The position numbers and the translations under genes were made by a program. Below are positions 28,397-39,616 of a stretch of DNA of 64,000 nt, piece after piece (the first letter of the stretch is position 1; every line of letters starts with the position of its first letter). The notes beneath the pieces are model-generated. The model was given only the letters and a program-made list of their open reading frames with translations, did no database searches and had not been told where the DNA came from. The DNA is from an uncultured Syntrophales bacterium (lineage in GTDB: Bacteria > Desulfobacterota > Syntrophia > Syntrophales > JADFWA01). The DNA is taken from the NCBI GenBank assembly GCA_964650385.1, contig CAZYTP010000003.1, forward strand, positions 8,576-72,575, read 5' to 3'.

Positions 28397-29029
28397 CTAT
28401 TTAGAATAAAGCTCAACTACCAATTGTTCCTGAATCGGCATGGTTAATTCTTCCCGAACAGGAAACATCTTTACAACACCTTTAAAGTTATCTTTATCCA
28501 ATTCCAGCCACTGAGGGATGCCTCGTCTCGCAACCGTCTCCATCGAATCTAATATTCGCAACATCTTCCTGCTCTTCTCTCTAACCTGAACCTCATCACT
28601 AGCGCTTATAAGGTATGATGGGATATTAACTTTTCTGTCATTTACCAAAAAATGATTATGTTTTATAAGCTGTCTTGCTTCACCTCTGGAGCTCGCAAAA
28701 CCCATCCTGTATACAATATTGTCAAGTCTTCTTTCCAACAGAATCAACAGGATTGTTCCCGTTACTCCGCTTTGCCTATCTGCCTTATTGTAATATCCTC
28801 TTAGCTGCTTCTCCAAAAGTCCAAACGTTCTTTTAAGTTTCTGTTTTTCCCTTAACTGGATACCATAGTCGGAATGTTTTCGTCTATCCCTCGTCTGCCC
28901 ATGATCCCCCGGGGCATACCCTCTTCTTTCAAAGGAACATTTGTCACCATAACATCTGTCCCCCTTGAGAAAGAGCTTCAAGTTCTCTCTTCGACATAAT
29001 CTACATAAAGATCCTCTATATCTTGCCAA
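28397..29029 (-). CDS. rpsD: 30S ribosomal protein S4 (Cys4 zinc form)
   Basis: [31 protein letters not shown]. Confidence 0.97.
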   Translation of the reverse strand: MARYRGSLCRLCRRENLKLFLKGDRCYGDKCSFERRGYAPGDHGQTRDRRKHSDYGIQLREKQKLKRTFGLLEKQLRGYYNKADRQSGVTGTILLILLERRLDNIVYRMGFASSRGEARQLIKHNHFLVNDRKVNIPSYLISASDEVQVREKSRKMLRILDSMETVARRGIPQWLELDKDNFKGVVKMFPVREELTMPIQEQLVVELYSK

Positions 29030-29076
29030 AACATTCCTCCATTTTATTATGTAATAAAGCTAATCTTCAGCTTTTA

Positions 29077-29469
29077 TTATACTCTTCTCCTTTTCGGTGG
29101 GCGGCAACCGTTATGGGGAATCGGCGTCACATCCCTGATAAGACTTATATCAAGACCTGCCGTCTGCAAAGACCTCAGGGCTGCTTCTCGACCTGAACCC
29201 GGCCCCTTCACATATACCTTAACACTCCTCACCCCATTCTCTTTCGCCTTTCTTACCGCATCCTCTGCAGCCAGTTGAGCAGCAAACGGTGTACTCTTCC
29301 TCGAACCCTTGAAACCCCGGACTCCAGAGGAGGACCAGGTAATAACGTTACCACTCAGATCTGTAATCGTAATGATCGTATTGTTAAACGTCGATTGAAT
29401 ATGGGCAATGCCTTCCGGTATATTTTTTCGCTCTTTCTTTTTTCCAGTTTTCCTCTTCGGTTTTGCCAT
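29077..29469 (-). CDS. rpsK: 30S ribosomal protein S11
   Basis: Trimmed to [31 protein letters not shown] (GGAGGA SD). Confidence 0.97.
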   Translation of the reverse strand: MAKPKRKTGKKKERKNIPEGIAHIQSTFNNTIITITDLSGNVITWSSSGVRGFKGSRKSTPFAAQLAAEDAVRKAKENGVRSVKVYVKGPGSGREAALRSLQTAGLDISLIRDVTPIPHNGCRPPKRRRV

Positions 29470-29507
29470 TGTTCCTCCAGATGGGGTCAAAACGTGACCC
29501 ACTCAAA

Positions 29508-29882
29508 TTACTTCTTCTTTCTCTTGCCGACAACGGCCCTTCTTGGCCCCTTTCGTGTCCTGGCATTTGTGCTTGTTCTTTGACCCCTGACAGGAAGACC
29601 CTTCCTGTGCCTCAGCCCTCGGTAGGAACCGATATCCATCAGGCGTTTTATCGACATGGAAATTTCTCTTCTTAAATCTCCCTCAATCTTATGGTCTCTA
29701 TCTATAATGTTCCTTATTGAGGTTACTTCCGAATCAGCAAGATTATCAGTTTTTGTATCAAACTCTACACCTGCTTCTCCAAGTATCTTCCTTGATTTAG
29801 ATCTACCTATACCATATATATAGGTCAAGGCGACTTCCATTCTCTTATTCCTAGGTAAATCTACACCTGCAATTCTTGCCAC
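29508..29882 (-). CDS. rpsM: 30S ribosomal protein S13
   Basis: [26 protein letters not shown]. Confidence 0.97.
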   Translation of the reverse strand: MARIAGVDLPRNKRMEVALTYIYGIGRSKSRKILGEAGVEFDTKTDNLADSEVTSIRNIIDRDHKIEGDLRREISMSIKRLMDIGSYRGLRHRKGLPVRGQRTSTNARTRKGPRRAVVGKRKKK

Positions 29883-30012
29883 ACCCGATATCCTCCTTAG
29901 GAAATAAATGATAAAAATAGAGTATTAAGGAGCCAGAAGACAGATCTTAGGACGGAAAGAGTATTTTTTCAATTCTGCCCCTGACTTATGATTTCTTCTT
30001 TTGTATTCTCCT

Positions 30013-30126
30013 TTACCCCTGGCGTTGTTTATGCCTGGGATTTTCACAAATAACTCTGAGCGCCCCACGCCTTTTAACAATCTTGCATTTATCACATATC
30101 TTTTTAACGGAACTCCTCACTTTCAT
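30013..30126 (-). CDS. rpmJ: 50S ribosomal protein L36
   Basis: Own translation: [37 protein letters not shown]. Too short for the ORF track. Confidence 0.95.
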   Translation of the reverse strand: MKVRSSVKKICDKCKIVKRRGALRVICENPRHKQRQG

Positions 30127-30149
30127 GATACTTCACCCCATAACTACAT

Positions 30150-30368
30150 TCATTTTGCCCTGTACACAATTCTCCCACGCGTCAAATCGTATGGGGAAAG
30201 TTCAACGGTTACTTTATCACCAGGTAATATCTTGATATAATGCATGCGCATTTTCCCGGAAATATGGGCAAGAACACGATGCCCATTTTCCAGTTCAACA
30301 CGAAACATTGCATTCGGCAACGGTTCAATTACTTTACCTTCAACCTGTATCGCTTCTTCTTTTGCCAT
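30150..30368 (-). CDS. infA: translation initiation factor IF-1
   Basis: [30 protein letters not shown], 72 aa. Confidence 0.97.
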   Translation of the reverse strand: MAKEEAIQVEGKVIEPLPNAMFRVELENGHRVLAHISGKMRMHYIKILPGDKVTVELSPYDLTRGRIVYRAK

Positions 30369-30448
30369 AAGATATTTATCCTTATAAAGACATCAAAGCC
30401 GAAATAATAGATATATTCACTTATTCGAGCGCATTGCACAACACCTTC

Positions 30449-31198
30449 TTACGCCACCTTACTCAATATTACTGGTCCATCCTCTGCAATTGCCACAGAA
30501 TGCTCAAAGTGAGCTGACAGCTTACCATCGGCTGTCACAACCGTCCATCCATCGTCCAATACCTTTACCTTGTATGTTCCCTCATTCACCATTGGTTCAA
30601 TCGCAAAAACCATACCTACTTCTAACTTAACACCCCTGCCACGCACTCCGAAATTGGGGATCTGTGGCTCTTCATGAAGACTTCTTCCTATCCCGTGACC
30701 TACAAAATCTCTCACCACAGAAAATCCGGCAGCCTCAACACACTCCTGCACCGCAGCTGATATATCACCCAATCGATTTCCTGCCCTCATTTCTTTTATC
30801 CCACGGTACAGGGCTTCTTCAGTAGTTCCAATCAGTGCCTGCGCTACACTGGAAACCTCACCTACAGGAACAGTTATGGCTGAATCTCCATAGTATCCCT
30901 TATGATATATCCCAAAATCGAGGCTTATTATGTCTCCAGCTTTAAGTGCTCTATCTGACGGCATTCCATGAACTACTTCACCATTAATAGACGTACACAG
31001 AGAAAAAGGATATCCTCTATACCCTTTAAAGGCTGGTTTAGCACCCATTTTCAGGGCAAGTTCTTCAGAATACCTGTCCAGCTCTATGGTTGTTATGCCA
31101 GGTTTAATTATACCTCTCAATTCATTCAAGATATTCGCTACTATAACATCACTTGCCCTTATCTTTTCAACCTCGTCAGGAGATTTCAAGATTATCAT
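30449..31198 (-). CDS. map: type I methionine aminopeptidase
   Basis: 249 aa. Contains FKGYRGYPFSLCTSINGEVVHG, DFG.., FVGHGIG, EPM. Confidence 0.95.
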   Translation of the reverse strand: MIILKSPDEVEKIRASDVIVANILNELRGIIKPGITTIELDRYSEELALKMGAKPAFKGYRGYPFSLCTSINGEVVHGMPSDRALKAGDIISLDFGIYHKGYYGDSAITVPVGEVSSVAQALIGTTEEALYRGIKEMRAGNRLGDISAAVQECVEAAGFSVVRDFVGHGIGRSLHEEPQIPNFGVRGRGVKLEVGMVFAIEPMVNEGTYKVKVLDDGWTVVTADGKLSAHFEHSVAIAEDGPVILSKVA

Positions 31199-31211
31199 CA
31201 GTTTTCACCTT

Positions 31212-32519
31212 TTAACGTCTTCTACCCATCCGTCCCTTTTTCAAGAATCCTTCATATTGCCTCGTCAATAGATGGGTTTCTATTTGACCTACCGTATCAA
31301 GAGCAACACCCACTACAATAAGAAGCGCTGTACCACCAAAGTAAAACGGCACATTAAACTTACTTATAAGAATACTCGGCAGTACACATACTGCAGAAAC
31401 GTACATGGCACCACCGAAGGTAAGCCTTGTCAGGATACTGTCTATATAATCTGCTGTCTTTTTACCCGGTCTTATACCCGGAATATAGCCCCCGTGTTTT
31501 CTCATATTATCGGCCACATCGACCGGATTAAAAGTAACCGCAGTATAAAAATAGCAGAAAAATATTATAAACGCTACATAGAGCAATTCATATACAGCTC
31601 TTCCGGGCATCAATACATCCGCCACCATCTTCATCCAGGGATGTGGAATAAAATTGGCAATCGTAGCAGGAAACATTATGATTGAGGAAGCAAATATAGG
31701 TGGAATTACACCTGCTGTATTAACCTTTAAAGGAAGATGGGTCGTTTGTCCACCATACATCTTTCTCCCAACAACTCTCTTGGCATATTGAACTGGTATC
31801 CTCCTCTGCCCACTTTCCACAAAGACAATAATACCAACAACCGCGACCATCATTACGGCAAGAATTATAATAAAAAATATTCCCATCTCACCTGTGGACA
31901 GCAAACGAAAGGTATTCGCAACGGCCTCAGGGCCTCGAGCTATTATACCCGCAAATATAATCAGAGATATCCCATTACCAATACCCTTATCAGTAATCTG
32001 CTCTCCTAACCACATGATAAACGAAGTACCGGCAGTAAGGGTAATAACAGTCATCAATCTAAAGCTCCATCCGGGGTCAAGCACTATAGATACACCCGTA
32101 GGACCTGCCATGTTTTCCAATCCTACCGCAATACCGAACCCCTGAATTACACTTAAAAGAACCGTTCCATATCTCGTATATTGCGTTATTTTTCTTCTTC
32201 CGACTTCTCCTTCTTTAGAAAGCTTTTCAAGATAAGGAATAGCAACTGTGAGCAACTGCAAAATAATGGATGCACTGATATAGGGCATAATACCCAGAGC
32301 AAAGACTGACAAGTTGCTCAGTGCCCCTCCTGCAAACATATCAAAGAGTCCCAGGAGTGAACCCCTTGCCTGCTCAAAGAACGCCATTAAAGCCGCTGTA
32401 TCGATCCCCGGAGTTGGTACATGTACACCTATCCTGTAAACAGCCAACAGAAAAAAAGTGAATAGTATTCTCTTCTGAAGCTCCGGGATTTTCTGGATAT
32501 TTTTAAGGCCGCTTAACAA
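31212..32519 (-). CDS. secY: preprotein translocase subunit SecY
   Basis: 435-aa polytopic protein containing [22 protein letters not shown]. No adk lies between secY and map. Confidence 0.97.
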   Translation of the reverse strand: MLSGLKNIQKIPELQKRILFTFFLLAVYRIGVHVPTPGIDTAALMAFFEQARGSLLGLFDMFAGGALSNLSVFALGIMPYISASIILQLLTVAIPYLEKLSKEGEVGRRKITQYTRYGTVLLSVIQGFGIAVGLENMAGPTGVSIVLDPGWSFRLMTVITLTAGTSFIMWLGEQITDKGIGNGISLIIFAGIIARGPEAVANTFRLLSTGEMGIFFIIILAVMMVAVVGIIVFVESGQRRIPVQYAKRVVGRKMYGGQTTHLPLKVNTAGVIPPIFASSIIMFPATIANFIPHPWMKMVADVLMPGRAVYELLYVAFIIFFCYFYTAVTFNPVDVADNMRKHGGYIPGIRPGKKTADYIDSILTRLTFGGAMYVSAVCVLPSILISKFNVPFYFGGTALLIVVGVALDTVGQIETHLLTRQYEGFLKKGRMGRRR

Positions 32520-32520
32520 C

Positions 32521-32961
32521 TCAGATAACCTCTATCGAACCGCCTGCACTCTCAATTTTCTCTCTTGCACTGCGACTTATTCTGTCAACTTTCAGCAACA
32601 AAGGATAATCTATAGACCCTTTACCCAATATCTTGATTCCATCACCTTTATTCTTAATAATCCCACTACTTATAAGAGTATTTGAATCAATAACCGAACC
32701 CTCTGGAAATTTGTTCAGCTGTTCTATATTTACAGCGATGATATCTTTTTTAAAGATATTATAAAATCCCCTTTTCGGTAATCTCCTCAAAAGAGGCATT
32801 TGACCGCCCTCAAATCCTGGCTTCGCTCTTCCACCCGAACGGGAATTTTGCCCCTTCGATCCTCTGCACGATGTTTTTCCATGACCTGATCCAGTCCCGC
32901 GACCTACCCGTTTTCTCTTTTTTCTTGAACCTTCAGGTGGTTTTAAACTGCTCAAATCCAT
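32521..32961 (-). CDS. rplO: 50S ribosomal protein L15
   Basis: [22 protein letters not shown]. Confidence 0.96.
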   Translation of the reverse strand: MDLSSLKPPEGSRKKRKRVGRGTGSGHGKTSCRGSKGQNSRSGGRAKPGFEGGQMPLLRRLPKRGFYNIFKKDIIAVNIEQLNKFPEGSVIDSNTLISSGIIKNKGDGIKILGKGSIDYPLLLKVDRISRSAREKIESAGGSIEVI

Positions 32962-32963
32962 AT

Positions 32964-33155
32964 TTAATTTACCTCAATTTCCTCTACGGCAACCAGATGC
33001 GTAACTTTTTTTACCATCCCACGAATCTCAGGAGTATCACCCAGCAAGACGGTTTTATTCAACTTTCCGAGTCCCATCCCGCGCAGTACTTTCCTCTGTT
33101 TTTCCGGTCTTCCTATAAAACTTTTTACCAATGTTATCTTCAGTTTCTTTTCCAC
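32964..33155 (-). CDS. rpmD: 50S ribosomal protein L30
   Basis: GTG start with [31 protein letters not shown]. Confidence 0.93.
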   Translation of the reverse strand: MEKKLKITLVKSFIGRPEKQRKVLRGMGLGKLNKTVLLGDTPEIRGMVKKVTHLVAVEEIEVN

Positions 33156-33297
33156 GACCTGCTCCCATGTTCTGAAAGTTCCGAAAATACGGGGTTTCGA
33201 TACTAAAAATATCTTTTGACAATTTTATGTCTCAATTCACTCTCAAAACATATTTTTCAATCTTTCAAAGGTCTTGTTCTATACGCTAACAAAAGTG

Positions 33298-33777
33298 TCA
33301 AATTTCGGAAACATCTTTTCCCCTGAGAGCGGCGATCTTCTCGGGTGTTCTCATCTTACGAAGGCCATCAATCGTTGCTTTGACAAGGTTATGATGGTTA
33401 TGTGAACCAAGGCATTTTGTTAATATATTATGAACGCCGGCAACTTCCAAAACCGCTCTAACAGCACCACCCGCTATAAGGCCTGTCCCCTCAGAAGCTG
33501 GCTTGAGGAGAACTTTCCCGGCTCCAGAGTGTCCTATCACCCCATAAGGTACGGTTCCGTTAACAATTGCAACTTTCATTTGACTCTTTTTAGCCTCATC
33601 CATACCCTTTCTTATTGCCTCCGGGACTTCATGGGCTTTCCCCAATCCCAAACCGACAGAACCATTACCGTCACCAACAACTACAACCGCACTAAATCTA
33701 AATCTTCTGCCACCTTTGACAACCTTAGCTGTCCGCTTAATAGCAATAACCCTATCAAGAAGTTCTAATTCTTCCAT
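33298..33777 (-). CDS. rpsE: 30S ribosomal protein S5
   Basis: [25 protein letters not shown]. Confidence 0.97.
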   Translation of the reverse strand: MEELELLDRVIAIKRTAKVVKGGRRFRFSAVVVVGDGNGSVGLGLGKAHEVPEAIRKGMDEAKKSQMKVAIVNGTVPYGVIGHSGAGKVLLKPASEGTGLIAGGAVRAVLEVAGVHNILTKCLGSHNHHNLVKATIDGLRKMRTPEKIAALRGKDVSEI

Positions 33778-33851
33778 ATTCCTGCAATACCCCTAAAAAC
33801 TAAAAACATCGATTAGTGTATACCAATTAAACCAGCAAAAAGATCGATCAA

Positions 33852-34217
33852 TTAAAATTTCAACCCCGCTTCCTTAGCCGCCTCAGCAAGAGCTTTTACA
33901 CGTCCATGGTAAAGAAACATCCCCCTATCAAAAACAACCTTCTTCACATTATCGGACAATAATTTCTCGGTTACCAATTTGCCCACCTCACGAGCAGCAT
34001 CTGTCTTCTTCAGTCCTTCAAGCTTCCCCTTCAATTCCTTGCTAAGGGTTGAGGCTTCAGCAAGGGTCTTCCCCAAATCATCAGCAATTGCCTGTACGTA
34101 TATATGCTTCGAACTCCGAAATACAGAAAGACGCGGTTTCTCCTGAGTACCAAACATCTTTCCCCTTACTCTCTTCTTACGTTTAATTCTGTTCCTTATT
34201 ACTTTTTTAGATACCAA
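33852..34217 (-). CDS. rplR: 50S ribosomal protein L18
   Basis: [18 protein letters not shown]-type motif ([19 protein letters not shown]). 121 aa. Confidence 0.96.
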   Translation of the reverse strand: MVSKKVIRNRIKRKKRVRGKMFGTQEKPRLSVFRSSKHIYVQAIADDLGKTLAEASTLSKELKGKLEGLKKTDAAREVGKLVTEKLLSDNVKKVVFDRGMFLYHGRVKALAEAAKEAGLKF

Positions 34218-34290
34218 AGTTCTACCTCTATATCGAATATATTGAGTTTTAAATTATCATAAGAAGAATCTAAAACTTTAGTTTTTCGTG

Positions 34291-34830
34291 CTATACGCCT
34301 GCGGACTTTCCAACCTTTCTTCTTATACGTTCACCTAAATACTTTATTCCTTTTCCTTTGTAGGGTTCCGGTTTCCTAAAACTCCTGATTTCGGCTGCTA
34401 CTCTTCCAACAAGTTCCTTATCTATCCCGGAAATTACTATTGTCACTTGCTTATCAACCTTAGCGGAAATCCCTTCAGGTATTTTATATTCTACAGGATG
34501 AGAATAACCGAGCAATAACCTCAGAATATTGTCATTCACTTCAGCGCGATAACCGACACCTGATATCTCTAACGTTTTTTCGAAACCGGCAGTGACTCCT
34601 GTTACCATATTTGCAACCAACGTCCTTGTCAGCCCATGAACAGATCTTACCTTTTTATCATCGGAAAGCCTCTCTACCACTATGGTCCCATTATCAAAAA
34701 CAATTTCAACACCCTCGGGAACTTTCATGGTCAAGTTCCCCTTTGAACCCTTGACCTCAATCATAGAATTGTCCTGCCTAATCTCTACTTCTTCAGGAAC
34801 TTCTATTGGTTTCTTACCGATTCTCGACAT
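34291..34830 (-). CDS. rplF: 50S ribosomal protein L6
   Basis: MSRIGKKPIEVPEEVEI, 179 aa. Confidence 0.97.
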   Translation of the reverse strand: MSRIGKKPIEVPEEVEIRQDNSMIEVKGSKGNLTMKVPEGVEIVFDNGTIVVERLSDDKKVRSVHGLTRTLVANMVTGVTAGFEKTLEISGVGYRAEVNDNILRLLLGYSHPVEYKIPEGISAKVDKQVTIVISGIDKELVGRVAAEIRSFRKPEPYKGKGIKYLGERIRRKVGKSAGV

Positions 34831-34927
34831 TTACAAATCTCCAGATTTCAGGATAGCTAATAACTATCATGTTTCCCGGTCCGGACAGGCCGGAACCAAA
34901 GCAGACTAAGAATGAAAAATTGAGGCA

Positions 34928-35329
34928 CTACCATACATTACAGAGAATCTCACCGCCGACTTTTAACGTTCTTGCCTCTTTATCAGTCATAATACCTTTT
35001 GATGTTGACAGTATAGCTATGCCATACCCATTCAAAACTTTTGGTATCTTCTCACTTTTAACATAAACCCTTTTCCCCGGTTTACTAACCCGCTGTATCC
35101 CCGTTATAACTCTTTCTTTTGAATCCGAGTACTTCAAATATATCTTCAAGATCTCTCGCCCGTCATTACCCTTTTCAACAGCAAATCTACTGACATACCC
35201 CGCCTTATTCAAGACCTCGGCAATATTCAGGTTCATTTTCGATAATGACACATTGACTTTATCGAACCTTACCATGTTAGCATTTCTGATTCTCGTCAGC
35301 ATGTCTGCTATAGGATCAGTCATCCCCAT
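34928..35329 (-). CDS. rpsH: 30S ribosomal protein S8
   Basis: MTDPIADMLTRIRNA. Confidence 0.97.
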   Translation of the reverse strand: MGMTDPIADMLTRIRNANMVRFDKVNVSLSKMNLNIAEVLNKAGYVSRFAVEKGNDGREILKIYLKYSDSKERVITGIQRVSKPGKRVYVKSEKIPKVLNGYGIAILSTSKGIMTDKEARTLKVGGEILCNVW

Positions 35330-35436
35330 ACCACTTCTCCTTAATGTTTATAAGCACTCAGTTTCTCGACTAAAAATATGACAAAGGCTAAATGCTGACT
35401 GTTGGAAGCCTGTTCATTTTTACCCTTGTTTCGTTG

Positions 35437-35622
35437 CTACCAGCTTGATTTTATCATCCCGGGAATTTCCCCTACCAGAGAAAGTTTTCTCAAACATAAC
35501 CTACACATATCGAATTTCCTGTAATATGCTCTCGACCGCCCACAAAGAGGACATCGAGTGTATTTCCTGACAGCAAATTTCCCTTGTCTTTTCGCCTTTG
35601 CAATTAAGGACTTTTTTGCCAC
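35437..35622 (-). CDS. rpsZ: 30S ribosomal protein S14, zinc-ribbon type Z
   Basis: In-frame GTG 35622 with AGGAG 6 nt upstream gives the 61-aa product [22 protein letters not shown]. Confidence 0.93.
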   Translation of the reverse strand: MAKKSLIAKAKRQGKFAVRKYTRCPLCGRSRAYYRKFDMCRLCLRKLSLVGEIPGMIKSSW

Positions 35623-35764
35623 ATGCAACTCCTATCTCAGTTTCGATCAGAATAATCTATAATTCTAACCTTTGAACTATAATTTTTTCCTGCCAGTCAC
35701 GGCCTCAGTAAAACCGCCGGCAAATCTTACCGTACCTCTTAAACTTTGCATGTAATCTGCGGCT

Positions 35765-36304
35765 TCAATTCTTATAAGGTATCCCCATGAGTTTCAAGAG
35801 TCGTCTTCCCTCTTCATCTGTTTTAGCCGAGGTAACAATCACGACATTCATTCCCCTGACCTTATCAATCTTGTCATACTCTACCTCGGGGAAGATGAAC
35901 TGTTCCTTAATACCCATAGCGAAGTTGCCTCTTCCATCAAAAGATTTAGGCGAAATACCCCTGAAATCTCTAACTCTTGGAAGGGCAACATTAACAAGCC
36001 TGTCAAAAAACTCATACATCATGTCCTTCCTTAAAGTAACCATACACCCTATCGACATACCTTTACGCAGTTTAAATGTAGCAATCGATTTCGTCGCCTT
36101 TGTAACAACCGGTTTCTGCCCCACAATCACTGAGAGTTCCTGAACAGCATTATCAATTATTTTAATGTTTTGAATCGCCTCACCCAAACCCATATTTACA
36201 ATAATTTTCTCGAGCTTAGGAACCTCCATCCTGTTTTTATATTTAAATTCCTTCATCAAAGCAGGGATTACTTCTTTCTTGTAGTACTCTTTTAATCGTG
36301 CCAT
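35765..36304 (-). CDS. rplE: 50S ribosomal protein L5
   Basis: [20 protein letters not shown], 179 aa. Confidence 0.97.
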   Translation of the reverse strand: MARLKEYYKKEVIPALMKEFKYKNRMEVPKLEKIIVNMGLGEAIQNIKIIDNAVQELSVIVGQKPVVTKATKSIATFKLRKGMSIGCMVTLRKDMMYEFFDRLVNVALPRVRDFRGISPKSFDGRGNFAMGIKEQFIFPEVEYDKIDKVRGMNVVIVTSAKTDEEGRRLLKLMGIPYKN

Positions 36305-36319
36305 TCATTCTTCCTCAGC

Positions 36320-36640
36320 TTAATCATCCAATATTTCATTACATCTTTTACAAACACGCACATTCTTTCCATCTTCCAATAATTGGTATCCAACCCTGAT
36401 ACCAATGTTACATTTGTTACACATCAGCATAACATTGGATATATGTATCGACCCTTCCTTCTCAACAATGCCACCTTTCCCCTGTGCATCCGGTCTCTGA
36501 TGTTTTTTCATGAAATTTAATTTTTCCACAACTACACGGTTTTTCTTTTTGACAACATTAAGTATTTTGCCGGTTTTTCCCTTTTCCTTACCGACAATAA
36601 CCATAACCATATCGCCCTTTTTTAGATGGTTCCCATGCAT
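36320..36640 (-). CDS. rplX: 50S ribosomal protein L24 (CxxC..CxxC form)
   Basis: Trimmed to ATG 36640 (GAGGA SD): MHGNHLKKGDMVMVIVGKEKGKTGKI. The C-terminus carries CNKCN...CKRCN. Confidence 0.93.
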   Translation of the reverse strand: MHGNHLKKGDMVMVIVGKEKGKTGKILNVVKKKNRVVVEKLNFMKKHQRPDAQGKGGIVEKEGSIHISNVMLMCNKCNIGIRVGYQLLEDGKNVRVCKRCNEILDD

Positions 36641-36695
36641 ATTCAATTCCTCAACATTTATGCTTTTATTTGCATTCGACGATTTCGCAACAGTA

Positions 36696-37064
36696 TTACA
36701 ATACTTCAGGCGCCAGAGACACAATCTTCATAAATTGCTTCGCTCTCAATTCACGGGCTACTGGTCCAAATATTCTTGTCCCTATAGGCTCCATTTGATT
36801 ATTTATAAGTACAGCAGAATTATCGCTAAATTTAAGGTATGTACCGTCCGGTCTTCCGACCTCCTTTGCTGTTCTTACCACGACAGCCCTCATCACATCC
36901 CCTTTTTTAACCTTTGAATTGGGAATTGCTTCTTTTACTGATACTACTATTATATCCCCAATACTGGCATACTTTCTCTTAGACCCTCCAAGTACTTTAA
37001 TACAACCGACCTTCTTTGCACCCGAATTATCTGCCACATTTAAAATGGTCTGCATCTGAATCAT
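36696..37064 (-). CDS. rplN: 50S ribosomal protein L14
   Basis: Trimmed to [18 protein letters not shown]. Confidence 0.97.
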   Translation of the reverse strand: MIQMQTILNVADNSGAKKVGCIKVLGGSKRKYASIGDIIVVSVKEAIPNSKVKKGDVMRAVVVRTAKEVGRPDGTYLKFSDNSAVLINNQMEPIGTRIFGPVARELRAKQFMKIVSLAPEVL

Positions 37065-37330
37065 GGAAAAATACCTCAATAAAATTACGTTAATCCCGTC
37101 AGAAAAAACCTCATTGCTTATCGAACATTTAATTAGACGGTTGTAAAACCTGCAAATATCTCAAAATCCACCGGAGATGAATTTCATATTACATTAATTA
37201 AAAATAAATTTGTGGCTCAGTGCCGCAATCTACCGGAAATCTTACAAACGTTCAACACTAATCCAACAGTAAAACAAAAAAACGGTCTTTTAAATAATAT
37301 CCATTTGAGCCGGAGGTTGGAAGCTCATGG

Positions 37331-37588
37331 TTAATTTGCCTTCTTCAGTATTTCACGCATTCTCCATCTTACGTCTTTACTCAAAGGACGTGATTCAACA
37401 ATTAATACCCTGTCACCAATATTACACCTGCTTTCCTCATCACGAACTTTATATTTAGCTCGTCTTCTTACAGACTTCTGGAACCTGGGATGTCTTACTA
37501 ACCTCTCCACCAAAACGACGATCGTTTTGTCCATTTTATCACTAACTACGACACCCTGTACGGTTCTTCTATTGCCCCGATCACCCAT
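37331..37588 (-). CDS. rpsQ: 30S ribosomal protein S17
   Basis: RTVQGVVVSDKMDKTIVVLVERLVRHP. Confidence 0.96.
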   Translation of the reverse strand: MGDRGNRRTVQGVVVSDKMDKTIVVLVERLVRHPRFQKSVRRRAKYKVRDEESRCNIGDRVLIVESRPLSKDVRWRMREILKKAN

Positions 37589-37590
37589 GT

Positions 37591-37785
37591 TTATATTTGA
37601 GCCTCTCTTTCCCTTAAAACAGTCTTTATGCGAGCTATATTTTTTCTGACCTTCTTCATCACGAGCGGGGAGTCCAATTGCCCAGTAGCGTGCTGCATGC
37701 GGAGTTTGAAAAGCGCTTCAACAAACTCTCTCTCTTTCTGTTTCAGCTCATCAATATCGATTTCTCTGATTTCCTTAATTTTCAT
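37591..37785 (-). CDS. rpmC: 50S ribosomal protein L29
   Basis: [31 protein letters not shown]. Confidence 0.95.
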   Translation of the reverse strand: MKIKEIREIDIDELKQKEREFVEALFKLRMQHATGQLDSPLVMKKVRKNIARIKTVLREREAQI

Positions 37786-38197
37786 CAGATATCTCCCTGG
37801 GAAGAAATTTTGTCGATATTGGAAGTTTATGTGATGCCAGCCTAAAAGCCTCGCGAGCCGTACTTTTTTCGACCCCTTCTATCTCATACAGAATAATACC
37901 AGGCTTCACAACAGCAACCCATTCCTCAGGAGATCCCTTCCCTTTCCCCATACGGGTTTCTGCCGGCTTTTTAGTAATCGATTTGTGCGGAAACACCCTT
38001 ATCCAGATTTTACCTCCGCGCCTAACATGACGCGTTATAGCTATTCGTGCTGACTCAATCTGTCTCGCAGTTAGTCTTCCACATTCAGTTGCTTGCAGGC
38101 CATATTCCCCAAAAGACACATTACAACCCCTTACAGGTGTTCCTTTCATTCGACCTTTATGCAGCTTTCTATATTTCACTCTCTTCGGCATTAACAT
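37775..38197 (-). CDS. rplP: 50S ribosomal protein L16
   Basis: [19 protein letters not shown]. Confidence 0.97.
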   Translation of the reverse strand: MLMPKRVKYRKLHKGRMKGTPVRGCNVSFGEYGLQATECGRLTARQIESARIAITRHVRRGGKIWIRVFPHKSITKKPAETRMGKGKGSPEEWVAVVKPGIILYEIEGVEKSTAREAFRLASHKLPISTKFLPREISDEN

Positions 38198-38222
38198 GTC
38201 TTTAAAACCCCCAATTCAGCTC

Positions 38223-38867
38223 TCAACTGTCAGCCTTCTTATCCGGAAGTACCTCACCATGAAATATCAGAACTTTTACACCAATAAGCCCGTAAGTTGT
38301 ATGCGCCTCAGCAAAACCATAATCAATATTTGCTCTCAAGGTATGAAGTGGAACTTTTCCTTCTCTATACCATTCCCTTCTCGCCATCTCGGCTCCACCA
38401 AGTCTCCCAGAACAGGTTACCCTTATTCCTTTGGCACCAAATTTCATGGCAGATGTAACACTTCTCCTCATAGCCCTTCTGAAGGCAACCCTTCTCTCAA
38501 GCTGGAGTGAAATATTTTCAGCAACAAGTTGCGCATCTATTTCAGGCTTGCGTACCTCAAGGATATTTATGATCGGATCACTTTTGGAAATTTTCTCAAG
38601 ATCTTTCTTGAGTTTTTCGATCTCTGATCCCTTTCTGCCTATGAGAATCCCCGGCCTGGCAGCATGAATATTCACTTTAGCCTTGTCAGCAGCCCTTTCA
38701 ATCTCAATCCTTGATATACCTGCATGGTAAAATTTGCTTTTAAGGTACCTTTTGATCTTAATATCTTCATGCAGCAATTCGCTATAGTTTTTTTCTGCAA
38801 ACCACTGAGAATCCCAAGTCTTGTTAATGCCCAGTCTAAAACCGATCGGATTAACTTTTTGCCCCAA
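38223..38867 (-). CDS. rpsC: 30S ribosomal protein S3
   Basis: [24 protein letters not shown]. Confidence 0.97.
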   Translation of the reverse strand: MGQKVNPIGFRLGINKTWDSQWFAEKNYSELLHEDIKIKRYLKSKFYHAGISRIEIERAADKAKVNIHAARPGILIGRKGSEIEKLKKDLEKISKSDPIINILEVRKPEIDAQLVAENISLQLERRVAFRRAMRRSVTSAMKFGAKGIRVTCSGRLGGAEMARREWYREGKVPLHTLRANIDYGFAEAHTTYGLIGVKVLIFHGEVLPDKKADS

Positions 38868-38886
38868 GACTTTACCTCCTTATTTG

Positions 38887-39219
38887 CTACTCCTCATCTA
38901 GTATGACGGTTATATGACTCATTCTCTTTTTTATCATAGCCGCCCTTCCCTGTGCTCTTGCCCTCCATCTTTTCAATGAGGGTCCCTGACCTACAAATAC
39001 CTCTTTTACATAAAGTATTTTTTCATCGATACTCGGATTCTGTGTTGCATTCGCAATTGCCGACTTTAATACTTTTCCTACAACACCAGCAGCCTTTTTT
39101 CTTGTAAAGGCTAATATCCTCTGTGCTTCTTCGACTTTTTCCCCCCTGACAAGATCCACTACCAATCTTGCCTTTTGTGGCGAAATCCGAATATATTTGG
39201 CAACGGCCTTCACTTCCAT
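38887..39219 (-). CDS. rplV: 50S ribosomal protein L22
   Basis: [19 protein letters not shown]. Confidence 0.96.
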   Translation of the reverse strand: MEVKAVAKYIRISPQKARLVVDLVRGEKVEEAQRILAFTRKKAAGVVGKVLKSAIANATQNPSIDEKILYVKEVFVGQGPSLKRWRARAQGRAAMIKKRMSHITVILDEE

Positions 39220-39331
39220 ATCTATTTAAACTCCATTACCTAGTTTAATCATAACAATCTACAGTAGTCAGAAATCGTATAAAAGACTAATTCAATGTTT
39301 GCGCCTTCCCTACATACAGACTGACCCCACA

Positions 39332-39613
39332 TTATCTACGTAACCTTGTTTTTCTATCACCTGCATGGCTATAAAATGTTCTTGTTGGGGCAAATTCGCC
39401 AAGCTTATGCCCAACCATGTTTTCGGTGACGAACACAGGGATAAATCTTCTTCCATTATGAACAGCAAAGGTATGGCCAACTAATTCAGGGGTAATTGTA
39501 GAACGACGTGACCAGGTCTTGATCACACCCCTGTCTCCCGAAGTGTCAGCTTTTCTTACCTTTTCTATAAGTTTTTCTTCAATATATGGTCCCTTCTTAA
39601 CTGAACGAGCCAT
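39332..39613 (-). CDS. rpsS: 30S ribosomal protein S19
   Basis: [27 protein letters not shown]. Confidence 0.97.
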   Translation of the reverse strand: MARSVKKGPYIEEKLIEKVRKADTSGDRGVIKTWSRRSTITPELVGHTFAVHNGRRFIPVFVTENMVGHKLGEFAPTRTFYSHAGDRKTRLRR

Positions 39614-39616
39614 TCC

